Shown here in pieces: positions 27,505-36,037 of a DNA stretch of 64,000 nucleotides. Location of the stretch: the sequence record NZ_CP064874.1. One strand, written 5' to 3'. Origin of the DNA: a plasmid. Below the pieces are notes generated by a model, which was given only the letters and a program-made list of their open reading frames with translations, did no database searches and was not told the origin of the DNA. Within the stretch, counting starts at the first letter, position 1. Each line of letters opens with the position of its first letter. The position numbers and the translations under genes are program-made.

Positions 27505-28098
27505 GTGCCCTCAACAGATGTCAACGCCGCTGGTGACACCGACCGACCCGCCGGGTCAGTGTCGGCCACCGGCTACCGCTCGATCGCATACTTCCTGCCG
27601 GTCGCGCTGCATGCACGGCTCAAGGCTGCGTGGTGGTCGACGAGGGATGAGCCGGAGGGTGCGCCCGCGCTGGCCGGTCTCGTCGAGGTCGCCATCGGCC
27701 GCGAGACCAACCGCCTCGAGCAGCTCTACAACGCCGGCTCCCCTTTCCCTCCTGCCCCCGACCGTGCCCAGGGTGTGAACCCAAGAGGAGCCGCGGGATA
27801 CCGCCATCAGACCTACTACCTGCCGGTCGCGCTGCACGCGCGCCTCAAGGCTGCGTGGTGGTCGACGAGGGATGAGCCGGAGGGTGCGCCCGCGCTGGCC
27901 GGTCTCGTCGAGGTCGCCTTCATGCGGGAAGCCGACCGCCTTGAGCAGCTCTACAACGAGGGTGCCCCGTTCCCGCCGGCGCCGGCCAAGGCGCGAGGGA
28001 TCAGCCGCGCTGCAGCACAACGACAGGGCGAATGGCTGCGAGGCGAGTGGGAGCGCCGGCGACAGGCGCAGACCCCGCCGACCGACTCCAACGACTGA
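27505..28098 (+). CDS. Protein with two tandem ribbon-helix-helix units in one chain (single-chain RHH pseudodimer).
   Basis: Two 75-aa units: 'YFLPVALHARLKAAWWSTRDEPEGAPALAGLVEVAIGRETNRLEQLYN' and 'YYLPVALHARLKAAWWSTRDEPEGAPALAGLVEVAFMREADRLEQLYN'. Confidence 0.6.
   Translation: MPSTDVNAAGDTDRPAGSVSATGYRSIAYFLPVALHARLKAAWWSTRDEPEGAPALAGLVEVAIGRETNRLEQLYNAGSPFPPAPDRAQGVNPRGAAGYRHQTYYLPVALHARLKAAWWSTRDEPEGAPALAGLVEVAFMREADRLEQLYNEGAPFPPAPAKARGISRAAAQRQGEWLRGEWERRRQAQTPPTDSND
27571..28020 (+). repeat. 225-bp tandem duplication inside the RHH gene, with a 75-bp 100% identical core (27619-27693 and 27844-27918).
   Basis: Direct nucleotide comparison. Period 225 bp, in-frame. Confidence 0.85.
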
Positions 28099-28432
28099 CC
28101 CGACTCCGCGCCACGGCGACGTGTTGCACCGGGTGTGCGGTGCAGTATGCCGCCGATGTGCGGCGCAGTATTGCGCCATAACTGCGCGGGTGTGCCTGCT
28201 GGAAATATTTCCCAGGGGGAGGGGTTCAAGCTCGATTCGACAACCGTGCCTGCGGCAGAACGCCGATCGGGCTTGATCCTATCACCCGTGTCAAGCGCGG
28301 GTGTGGCGGAGGTATTGCGCTGGTCTGCGCCGCGATGTGGCGCAATAACCCTTTCCAGCCGCCGTGGCGATCTCCTCGAGCACACTCTTGCACAGGGGAC
28401 ATCACGAGTGCGTCAGACGCGGGGAGAATCCG

Positions 28433-28469
28433 CGATGTCCGCGAAGGAGCAGATCTCCGGCCTATACCT
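28433..28469 (+). promoter_or_regulatory. Copy 4 of the conserved 37-bp bipartite motif, upstream of the coupling-protein gene.
   Basis: CGATGTCCGCGAAG-N13-GCCTATACCT, 44 bp upstream of ATG 28513 (SD 'CAGGAGG'). Confidence 0.5.
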
Positions 28470-28512
28470 CGCAAGAGGGTCGTGAAGTACTCGGCCCACT
28501 CAGGAGGCTCGA

Positions 28513-30624
28513 ATGGCAACGACAACTCGTGTGGCATCTCGTCCGCCGGCGCGCCCACCTGCACCGGCGACGGTGGCTCTGGGTGTTCTTCCTCGGCGTC
28601 AGCTGACCGGGATCATCCCGGCGCTGCTGTGCATCGCACTGGCGACCGCCGCCACCGGGTTGAACGCGGTGCGCCCGTTCACCGATCTGATCCCGCTGGT
28701 GTGGGTCGTGGCCGTGTTGCTCGCCGCCGGCGCGGTCGCATCCGGCGTGCGGACCTTCCAACGGGAAGGGCGGATGGACCCGGCGATCGAGGCGGTCCTT
28801 CCGATGCTCGGTGCGGCACAGCCAACCCGTGCTCTCGTCGTGCCGGTGAAGTGGACTCGTGGATGGGTGGGCCTCCCGGAGCGCATCAAGATCCGGTACG
28901 CCTCGCACGTCGATGACACCGACCCCCGCTTCGTCGACCAGATCCTCGCAGGCCTTGCACGCAGGCTTGGTGCCGAGTACCGGGTACGCAAGCACAACTC
29001 GAGGCGGTGCGTGCTCGTCGTCGAGCTCGCACCCGTGAGTGATCCGGTCTCCCGTGAGCAGCAGCGCGCGATCGAGGTCGTCAAGCTGGTCATCGACCCG
29101 ACCGCGAGCGTCTCGGTGAAGAGTGCCGATGACGGCTCGGTCTCGAAGATCGACGTCAAGCACAACGTGGGACCGAAGATGGCGATCGCGGCGCGGCGCT
29201 CCCAGGTCGAGAAGGTGGTCTCCTCGATGCTCCCTGGCCGGTGGCGTGCGCACTGGGATCTCGAGGGCGACAAGATCACGTTCGAGGTCCGACCGACGAT
29301 GCCCGACATGGTCCTGCACGAAGTGGAGCCCGCGGCCGCACTCACCCACGCCGCCTACAAGGCGTTCAAGATCCCGATCGGTCCTGACGAAGACGGTCAG
29401 ATCCAGTCGTGGCATCCGGCGGTCTCCCCGCATTGCCTCGTCATCGGTGGAACCGGATCGGGAAAGACCAGCTTCCAGCACACGGTGCTCACCCATCTCG
29501 CGCACGCTCACTGGCGGGTGTGGGTACTCGATGGGAAGCGGATCGAGTTCGCCGGATTCCGGGACTGGCCCAACGTCGAGCTCGTCGGCGCGCGGGTGGA
29601 GCACCAGGTGCGGATGCTGCACGCTGCGCACGAGCTCATGGAGGAGCGGTACTCGCAGCTCGAGAACGGCACGGCCCGGCTCGAGGACTTCGACCCCCTC
29701 GCGTTGATCATCGACGAGTACGCGACGTTCAAGGCGCGCGTGCAGCGCTGGTACAAGACGGTGAAGCCGAAGGGTGCGCCGGCGCAGGCCCCCGTTCTCG
29801 ATCTGCTCTCCGATCTCGCGCGACTGGCACGGTCGGCGAAGATCCACATCCTGCTCGGTCTGCAGCGCCCCGACGTCGAGTTCCTCGGCGGTGAGATGCG
29901 AGACAACTTCGGCGCCCGCGTCAGCTTCGGTCGTCTCTCCCCGCAGGGCGCCAACATGATGTGGGACAGCTTCGCGGTCGGTGTCGCGATCCCTCGCAAC
30001 AAGCGTGGCCGCGGTGTCACTCTGAACGCCGAATCTCAGCCCGTCGAGATTCAGGCGTTCTACACCCCCGACCCCGCCAAGCTCGACTCCACCGACAAGG
30101 CGGACTGGGATCACCTGGCGGCGCTGCGTCCCGACGCTGCCGACTACGAGCGGATGATGGTGCGCGACCCGGAAGCGGAGCTCACCGACGACGGCGAGGG
30201 GGAGGAGCTCGAGCCCGACTACTTCCAGTGGTCCTCGGCCGAGATTGTCGCTTGGGATGCATCGGTACCGTCGACGACCAAGCACGACGCGCTTCGACCC
30301 TCCAATGTCACCCCACTGGACTCTCGTGAACGGGTCCGGTTCGTGCCCGAAGTCGACGACGATGCACCGGACGTCGACGCGGCCGCTGACGGCGACGGAT
30401 ACGGCGAATCCCTCGAGGGCCCCGCGGTGGAGCTCGAGGTCGGAGATCTCCTGCTCGTCGACGCGACTCTGGGGCTGTGGGGAGTGGTCGAAGGAGTGGA
30501 GCCCGACGTCGTCGACGACGAGTACCTCGCGATCGAATACCGCGACCTCGACAGCGGTGAGGACGGGCTGCTGACGCTCTTCGACAACTCGGTGATCAGC
30601 TACCGCCGACCCGAAGCAGCCTGA
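28513..30624 (+). CDS. FtsK/SpoIIIE-family type IV coupling protein (TcpA/ConQ-like), two N-terminal TM helices.
   Basis: Walker A 'LVIGGTGSGKTS'; 703 aa; acidic C-terminal tail. Confidence 0.85.
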   Translation: MATTTRVASRPPARPPAPATVALGVLPRRQLTGIIPALLCIALATAATGLNAVRPFTDLIPLVWVVAVLLAAGAVASGVRTFQREGRMDPAIEAVLPMLGAAQPTRALVVPVKWTRGWVGLPERIKIRYASHVDDTDPRFVDQILAGLARRLGAEYRVRKHNSRRCVLVVELAPVSDPVSREQQRAIEVVKLVIDPTASVSVKSADDGSVSKIDVKHNVGPKMAIAARRSQVEKVVSSMLPGRWRAHWDLEGDKITFEVRPTMPDMVLHEVEPAAALTHAAYKAFKIPIGPDEDGQIQSWHPAVSPHCLVIGGTGSGKTSFQHTVLTHLAHAHWRVWVLDGKRIEFAGFRDWPNVELVGARVEHQVRMLHAAHELMEERYSQLENGTARLEDFDPLALIIDEYATFKARVQRWYKTVKPKGAPAQAPVLDLLSDLARLARSAKIHILLGLQRPDVEFLGGEMRDNFGARVSFGRLSPQGANMMWDSFAVGVAIPRNKRGRGVTLNAESQPVEIQAFYTPDPAKLDSTDKADWDHLAALRPDAADYERMMVRDPEAELTDDGEGEELEPDYFQWSSAEIVAWDASVPSTTKHDALRPSNVTPLDSRERVRFVPEVDDDAPDVDAAADGDGYGESLEGPAVELEVGDLLLVDATLGLWGVVEGVEPDVVDDEYLAIEYRDLDSGEDGLLTLFDNSVISYRRPEAA

Positions 30625-30673
30625 TCGTCGTGGCCGTCATGATGCTGCGGGCCTACCGGCCCCGAGAGAAGGG

Positions 30674-30961
30674 ATGAATCGCGTGTCGAACCAGAGCGTG
30701 TCGGAAGACGACTGGATCTCGCTGCTGCTGATCGCCGTGCTCGTCCTGGCCAGTGGCGCAGTGTCGCTGGGGATGTTCCTCGATCCGCTGCGCGCGTGGA
30801 TGTTGAAGTACCACTTGCTCGAGCAGGGTGAAACCGTGGCGATCCCCGTCGTCGACGGCGTCGGCCTCGGCTGGGGACAGATCCTCGTCATCCTCGCGAT
30901 CCTGATCGGTGCGATCGCGCTCATCGTGTGGCTCAAGCGCCGCGCGGCTGCCCGTGTCTGA
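30674..30961 (+). CDS. Small membrane protein (2 TM).
   Basis: 95 aa with two hydrophobic helices. Confidence 0.45.
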   Translation: MNRVSNQSVSEDDWISLLLIAVLVLASGAVSLGMFLDPLRAWMLKYHLLEQGETVAIPVVDGVGLGWGQILVILAILIGAIALIVWLKRRAAARV

Positions 30962-31012
30962 GCTGCCCGCCATGCTCAGCAAACGAGACCCAGGAAGGAG
31001 GAGAGATCACCC

Positions 31013-31273
31013 ATGACAACCACACTGACGAACGGCGACAAGACGATCACGCTGTTCACCAAGAAATCATGCGTACAGTGCGTCGCGACACACCGCGCGC
31101 TCGATGCTAAGGGAATCGAGTACGACGTCGTCGACCTCAGCGAAGACGCCGCAGCGCTCGAACAGGTCAAGTCGCTCGGCTACCTGCAGGCACCGGTCGT
31201 CATCACGGATGAGGATCACTGGTCGGGCTTCCGTCCCGACAAGATCGACGAGCTCGCGCAACGGCTCGCGTGA
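31013..31273 (+). CDS. nrdH: NrdH-redoxin (glutaredoxin-like).
   Basis: 86 aa with the 'CVQC' active site in a thioredoxin-fold context; SD 'GGAAGGAGGAG'. Confidence 0.8.
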   Translation: MTTTLTNGDKTITLFTKKSCVQCVATHRALDAKGIEYDVVDLSEDAAALEQVKSLGYLQAPVVITDEDHWSGFRPDKIDELAQRLA

Positions 31274-31282
31274 TTGACGACA

Positions 31283-31318
31283 GAGGCCCCACCGGCAGCT
31301 CTTCGCCGGTGGGGCCTC
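31283..31318. terminator. Bidirectional intrinsic-terminator hairpin between convergent genes.
   Basis: Perfect 14-bp stem GAGGCCCCACCGGC / GCCGGTGGGGCCTC with an 8-nt loop, between the nrdH stop and the 31343 (-) gene stop. Confidence 0.55.
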
Positions 31319-31342
31319 TGCTCTGCTCATCGGAGCGGGACA

Positions 31343-31576
31343 TCATCTGTGCGGCATGTGCGCCGCTGCCCACCGCTGCAGCAGCTGCTCCCGCAGAGGC
31401 CCGTTCCGCTCGAGCATCATCCGAACCCCTGCCGGCGCCGCGCCTGCCGGCGCACCGGCCTCGAGGGTGCGCAGCCCGAGATGCTCGCATGCCCAGTCGG
31501 CGAGCTCGTCGAGCTCCACAGTGACGGTGGCGGTGACGTCGACGCGCTGCTGCCATTGGACCTTGTAGGCGGGCAT
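31343..31576 (-). CDS. Hypothetical protein, 77 aa.
   Basis: ORF in the leftward operon downstream of the small membrane gene. Confidence 0.4.
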   Translation of the reverse strand: MPAYKVQWQQRVDVTATVTVELDELADWACEHLGLRTLEAGAPAGAAPAGVRMMLERNGPLREQLLQRWAAAHMPHR

Positions 31577-31583
31577 CGGACGC

Positions 31584-31805
31584 TCAATCTGGGTTGCTGA
31601 AGAAGTCGATCACGAGCGCGATGGTGATGGGGACGAGGATCACCGCCGCGGCGGTGACGATGATGCGATCGAGGATCGGCGCGGCGAGGATCCCGAGCCA
31701 CCCAGAGAGGACCGCGGCTGCGATGTACAGCAGCGCGATTACGAGACGGCGGAGCCAACGAGTCGTGGGCTCCGGGATCGTGCGGGGGCGGGCGGCGATG
31801 GTCAT
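31584..31805 (-). CDS. Small membrane protein (~73 aa, 2 TM).
   Basis: ATG 31805 overlaps the DUF3560 stop (ATGA). The track ORF is over-extended. Confidence 0.45.
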   Translation of the reverse strand: MTIAARPRTIPEPTTRWLRRLVIALLYIAAAVLSGWLGILAAPILDRIIVTAAAVILVPITIALVIDFFSNPD

Positions 31806-32755
31806 GAGATCGCTCCGCTCTGGCCGGCACGGTGCTCGCGGATGTGCGTGTAAGGGACTGTGCCGCGGTGGCCGTAGGCGTCGACGATGGTGGCGCTCTT
31901 CGGGTTGGTGCGGGTTACGGTGCACCAGGCGCCGAAGTACTTGATCTGGTCGCCGACGCTGATGGTGTCCTTGCTGTGGTCGGTGGCCGCGCCGGTCGCG
32001 ACCTGCTCGGCGCGGACCTCCTGCCAGTAGGTGAGCTGATCGTCGGTCGCGGCCAGCTCCCTCTCGAGCCGTTCGGCGTAGGCGCCGGTGGCTGCAGCCG
32101 TGACCTCGACATACCCGCCAGGAAGGGTGCGGCTTGACCCGTCGAGACGTCGACGGATGCCGGCGCGATCTGCGCGGAGCTTCTCGATCCGGTTCGCCAC
32201 GGTGATCGGCGCATACCGTGCATCGGTCGCCGCGGCCGCGACGTCGGCACGCACCTGGGCGCGCCGTGCCGCCGCGTCGGCGTCGATGGAGCGGCGGATC
32301 GCCGCGTCCGCCTTGCCGATCGCTCGGCGGTGGCCGGCCTCCGAGTGGTGTCCGACCTTGATGGGCTCGCCACCTTCGGGGAGGCGTCGCAGCGCGCGGG
32401 CCGCGCGCTCTGCCTCTTCGGTGGCGTCCTGGTGTCGTCGATCTGCGCGCACCGCCAGGGCGGCAGCGCGATCGTTCCTGCGGTCGACCAGGTCAGCCTC
32501 GACGACGGCCGCGGCCCGGCGTTCATAGTCGATCGAGATCTCGACGACGAACCCGGCAGCGGTGAGCTGCTCGGCGGTGCGGTTGATGATCGCGATCTTC
32601 GGTTCGCGGTCGCGGGAGTGGGGGATGTACCAAGATCCGAGCGCCCGGCTCCACCGCCAGCCGTTGGCCTTGAGAGTATCGGCCGTGCCGTCGCCCCGGC
32701 TGGTCCCTTCGATGAGGGTGCCTTCCGCGGCCGCGTGGATGATCGTGAGCATCAT
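31802..32755 (-). CDS. DUF3560-like protein, common on actinobacterial plasmids and ICEs.
   Basis: N-terminal 'MMLTIIHAAAEGTLIEGTSRGDGTADTLKANGWRWSRALGSWYIPHSRDR' pattern; family recalled from memory. Confidence 0.55.
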   Translation of the reverse strand: MMLTIIHAAAEGTLIEGTSRGDGTADTLKANGWRWSRALGSWYIPHSRDREPKIAIINRTAEQLTAAGFVVEISIDYERRAAAVVEADLVDRRNDRAAALAVRADRRHQDATEEAERAARALRRLPEGGEPIKVGHHSEAGHRRAIGKADAAIRRSIDADAAARRAQVRADVAAAATDARYAPITVANRIEKLRADRAGIRRRLDGSSRTLPGGYVEVTAAATGAYAERLERELAATDDQLTYWQEVRAEQVATGAATDHSKDTISVGDQIKYFGAWCTVTRTNPKSATIVDAYGHRGTVPYTHIREHRAGQSGAIS

Positions 32756-33267
32756 GGCCGGCTCCCTTCCCGCGCGGCCGCGTCGTGCGTGAGAGGGTGG
32801 CGGAATCCGATCTCCCGTTCCCAGACCTCGGCGGCGCGATGCAGGCCCTCATACTCCTTCACGCCCAGGTGGTCCGGGGAGTCGACGAGCGGGCGGTGAG
32901 CGAACCGTCGCGCGATCGCGTCGCCGAGGCGTTCGACGAGGTCACGCGCAGGGGACTGATCCCATCCGGGGTGATGGCAGGAGACTTCGGCGAGCAGTAG
33001 ACGGCTGCGCTCGATCTGCAACGCCTGCTCGTCATCGGCATGGGGGACGATCTCGGCGACCGGCTGCCATTCGTAGCGCGGTGCGGCGATGTGCTGCTTG
33101 ATCGCGTAGCTGACGCTCGCGTAGTTCTCATCCCAGAGGCTCTGACCCATCCGGTCGGCGTTCTCGGCGAGCTCGCGCGGAGTGCTGCTGCGGTAGGCGG
33201 GTGTGGAAATGTAGGCGGCGGTGACCAACAGGTCGATGGTGTCGCGGTTCACGGGAAACGCGCGCAT
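32752..33267 (-). CDS. Hypothetical protein (~171 aa from 'MRAFPVNRD').
   Basis: First gene of the leftward four-gene operon. Confidence 0.45.
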   Translation of the reverse strand: MRAFPVNRDTIDLLVTAAYISTPAYRSSTPRELAENADRMGQSLWDENYASVSYAIKQHIAAPRYEWQPVAEIVPHADDEQALQIERSRLLLAEVSCHHPGWDQSPARDLVERLGDAIARRFAHRPLVDSPDHLGVKEYEGLHRAAEVWEREIGFRHPLTHDAAAREGSRP

Positions 33268-33443
33268 GATGACCCCCTCAGGTGGTGAATGTGACATTCA
33301 CTACCCTAGAATCAGTCGGCGCTCATGTCAAGACGTCGTCGTCGTCGTCGTCGCTGTGGTGGTGGCGCCAAGCAGCCGCCACGCTGCGGACGGAGGTCGG
33401 GTAGTACCGGGTGCGAGTGGTCTGGCCGGATAGCGTTGGGATC

Positions 33444-34541
33444 GTGCCGAAGTCGTTGTCGATGAATGAGATCCGAGCCCGCGCTGCGCAGTTCACCCGT
33501 GACTGGCAGGACGAGCCCGGCGACGAGCGACAGCAAGCGCAGTCCTTCGTCCGGGATCTGCTCGGCGTGTACGGGATAACCCAGACCCGCGCGGCGTTCT
33601 ACGAGAAGCGTGTCAAGCGCTCGTCGACCGGCTCGCGCGGATACATCGACGCGCTGATCCCTGGTCTCGCGCTGATCGAAATGAAGTCCGCCGGCAAGGA
33701 TCTCGTCGCGGCTGAGCAGCAGGCGCTCGACTACATTGACGACCTTCCTGACCCGGAGGTTCCTCGGTGGGTAATCACGAGCGACTTCCGCCGGTTCCGT
33801 CTGCTCGATCTCCACGCTGAGAGCGAGGGTGTGCAGGAGTTCGCCCTGACCCAGATGCGGGATCGCGCTGACGTGCTCGCCTTCCTCGCCGGGTACGGTG
33901 AGCGCACCTTCGGATCGAAGGCGCAGGAGTCTGCGTCGATCAAAGCGGCAAAGCTGATGGCGTCCCTCTACGAGGCCCTCGAGGGGTCTGGGTACGACGA
34001 TCACGAGGCGTCGGTGTTCCTGGTGCGCACCTTGTTCGCCCTCTACGCCGATGACGCCGGAGTGTGGGATCGCGATCTGTTCCTCGAGTTCCTCGAGACC
34101 CGCACCGCGACGGATGGTTCCGACCTCGGGCCTCAGCTGTCGTTGCTGTACCAGGTCATGGGACGTGAGCCGTCTCGTCGGCAGTCAAACCTCGACGAGC
34201 TAATCTCGCGATTCCCCTACGTCAACGGTGGAGTCTTCGAGGAATCGGTGTCGATCCCGTCGTTCGACGCAGGCATGCGTGACCGGCTGATCGCGGCTGC
34301 AATGTTCAACTGGTCGGCGATCTCGCCGGCCATCTTCGGCAGCCTCTTCCAGGCCGTCAAAGACAAGACCGCTCGGCGTGAGCTCGGCGAGCACTACACC
34401 ACCGAGACCAACATCATGAAGGTCATCGGCCCGATGTTCCTCGATGAGCTGCGGCAGCGGTTCACGGACGGGTACCACGACACCGCCAAGCTCAAGAAGC
34501 TGCGTGCGGACATGGGGCTGATGCGATTCCTTGATCCAGCG
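33444..34541 (+). pseudogene. MmeI-family Type IIL restriction-modification enzyme, N-terminal ~365 aa only. Truncated immediately before methyltransferase motif I.
   Basis: Near-collinear match to the MmeI N-terminus ('LSMNEIRARAAQF...GYIDALIPGLALIEMKSAGKDL...RWVITSDFRRFRL...SPAIFGSLFQAV...LGEHYTTETNIMKVIGPMFLDEL...FLDPA'). Where 'CGSGNFL' is expected the frame degenerates into 'FMRKSGVSRDSG...'. Confidence 0.8.
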
Positions 34542-34639
34542 TTTATGCGCAAGTCGGGTGTCTCACGAGACAGCGGAAGATCGGCCATCAACTCGGGTGG
34601 GCTGGGGGCTCACGATAGCGGCGGTAAGCCATCCGGCTT

Positions 34640-34889
34640 CTACGACAATTCGGGAGTAGCGCGTTCAGCAGCAGCTGCTGCGACCGCGCGTGCAGTTACG
34701 GCGGTTGCCAGCAGGTGACTCTTGGCCGCCCGATCGGGTTGCCACGAATTGTCTGCAGCCACCGTACCCAGCTCTTCCAACACAACTGCGAGGGCGGCCT
34801 TGACATCATCCTCGCCGATCGCGAGTGGCGCCTGCGCAAGCTGCGTGAGTTGCGTCGGGTTGAACACCTGTGCCCCGAGCGCTTTCGTC
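34640..34889 (-). pseudogene. C-terminal fragment (83 aa) of an unidentified gene, cut at its 5' side by the IS5-family end.
   Basis: ORF runs exactly to the IS inverted repeat at 34890; no family recognised. Confidence 0.3.
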
Positions 34890-35150
34890 ACTAGGGCGTG
34901 TTGATCAAGAGGTTCAGGCTCAGGATCGGCGAGTCTCGATGGTGTGACGCGTCAGGAGATCTCGGATGAGGTGTGGGCTGTTCTGGAGCCGCTGATGCCG
35001 GTGCCGGTTGGCAGGTCGCGGCCGTGGACGGATCATCGTCTCGCGGTCGAGGGCATGGCCTGGAAGTACCGCACGGGGGCGCCCTGGCGGGATGTGCCGG
35101 AGCGGTTCGGGAAGTGGAACTCGATCTACAAGCGGTTCGCGCGCGCCCTA
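34890..35150 (+). mobile_element. IS5-family (IS427-group-like) left-end remnant: CTAG, a 21-bp terminal IR and a transposase N-terminal (DUF4096-like) fragment.
   Basis: IR GGCGTGTTGATCAAGAGGTTC at 34894-34914. Perfect inverted partner at 40305-40325; both are flanked by CTAG. Transposase fragment 'MTRQEISDEVWAVLEPLMPVPVGRSRPWTDHRLAVEGMAWKYRTGAPWRDVPERFGKWNSIYKRFAR' from GTG 34944. Confidence 0.6.
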
Positions 35151-35163
35151 CAAGCTGTCCGAG

Positions 35164-35616
35164 GTGGAGAACCGAACTCTCAAGTCCGAGCACCCTCAGG
35201 AGAACCGATGCTCCTTCTGCGTCGGCCAGAAGAACTACACCTGGTACCCCGTCGAGGACATCACGGTCGTACGCCGCTGGACCGCGAGTAGCGTCTACTG
35301 GCCAGACCGCGGAGGTAGAGAATCGGGCGGCTGGTACTCATGGAGATGCCCCAGCCACCCCTTTGATGGCAAGCCCTCGCCGCGGGTACACGATGCCCCC
35401 GATCATCTTCGCCCGAAGTACACCGCGCGATGTCGCATTGTGGAGCTGGGGCGCGCCTGCGGCGAACCCGCAGTCGGCCGCTTCGATAGCGCGTGGCTTT
35501 GCGAACGTCATGCCAGGCCAGTCCTCCTCAGTCAGCGAGACGAGGGGCTGCTGCGAGATGACGACCTTCAGATCAGCGACCCGAACGAAGCGCCTGACGG
35601 CCCAGCCGAGAGATAG
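35164..35616 (+). CDS. Cys/His-rich hypothetical protein (possible zinc-ribbon), start uncertain (GTG 35164).
   Basis: 'CSFCVGQ...WRCPSHP...CRIVELGRACGEP...WLCERH'; contains no Met, so a non-ATG start is required. Confidence 0.3.
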   Translation: MENRTLKSEHPQENRCSFCVGQKNYTWYPVEDITVVRRWTASSVYWPDRGGRESGGWYSWRCPSHPFDGKPSPRVHDAPDHLRPKYTARCRIVELGRACGEPAVGRFDSAWLCERHARPVLLSQRDEGLLRDDDLQISDPNEAPDGPAER

Positions 35617-36037
35617 AGGGGGCCCGGGGGTTCGCGGCGGCGGTGCCCCGACGGGAAAACCGCGTATCGGTTACAGGAAACGCAGGAACAGCACCACGCC
35701 CCGATCCGCACCAGGACAGGTTGTGCCAACAGCCCACCATCGTCGTGTCTGCTGACCCGGAAAGTTCGCGCGTTCACGCGGCCGTAACGCGGACGCAATC
35801 GTCCCGACGCGGACGTGCGTAACTCTTACTGTGATCACAAATCACAAGAGCGGAGCACGTATGGAAGCGCAGCTGTCAACCTCGCCGCACCGTCCTGGTC
35901 GACCGTCGTGGCCGGGCTCGCCGTCTCGGCGGTCGCGTACCTCGCGCTCAGCATGCTGACCCGCACAGCCTCTCGCACCCCGGCTGTCACGACGGCCGCC
36001 TGAACCAGACGACCTCCCTCCCGAAAGGAATCCGCTG

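Noticed and set aside
28462-30285. 607-aa minus-strand ORF antisense to the FtsK-like coupling-protein gene.
   Set aside because: Antisense to a gene with a Walker A motif and coherent domain order; GC-rich low-complexity artefact.
35815-36003. 62-aa hydrophobic ORF upstream of the amidase (possible small membrane peptide).
   Set aside because: No SD or clear start, could equally be non-coding leader; insufficient evidence to call.
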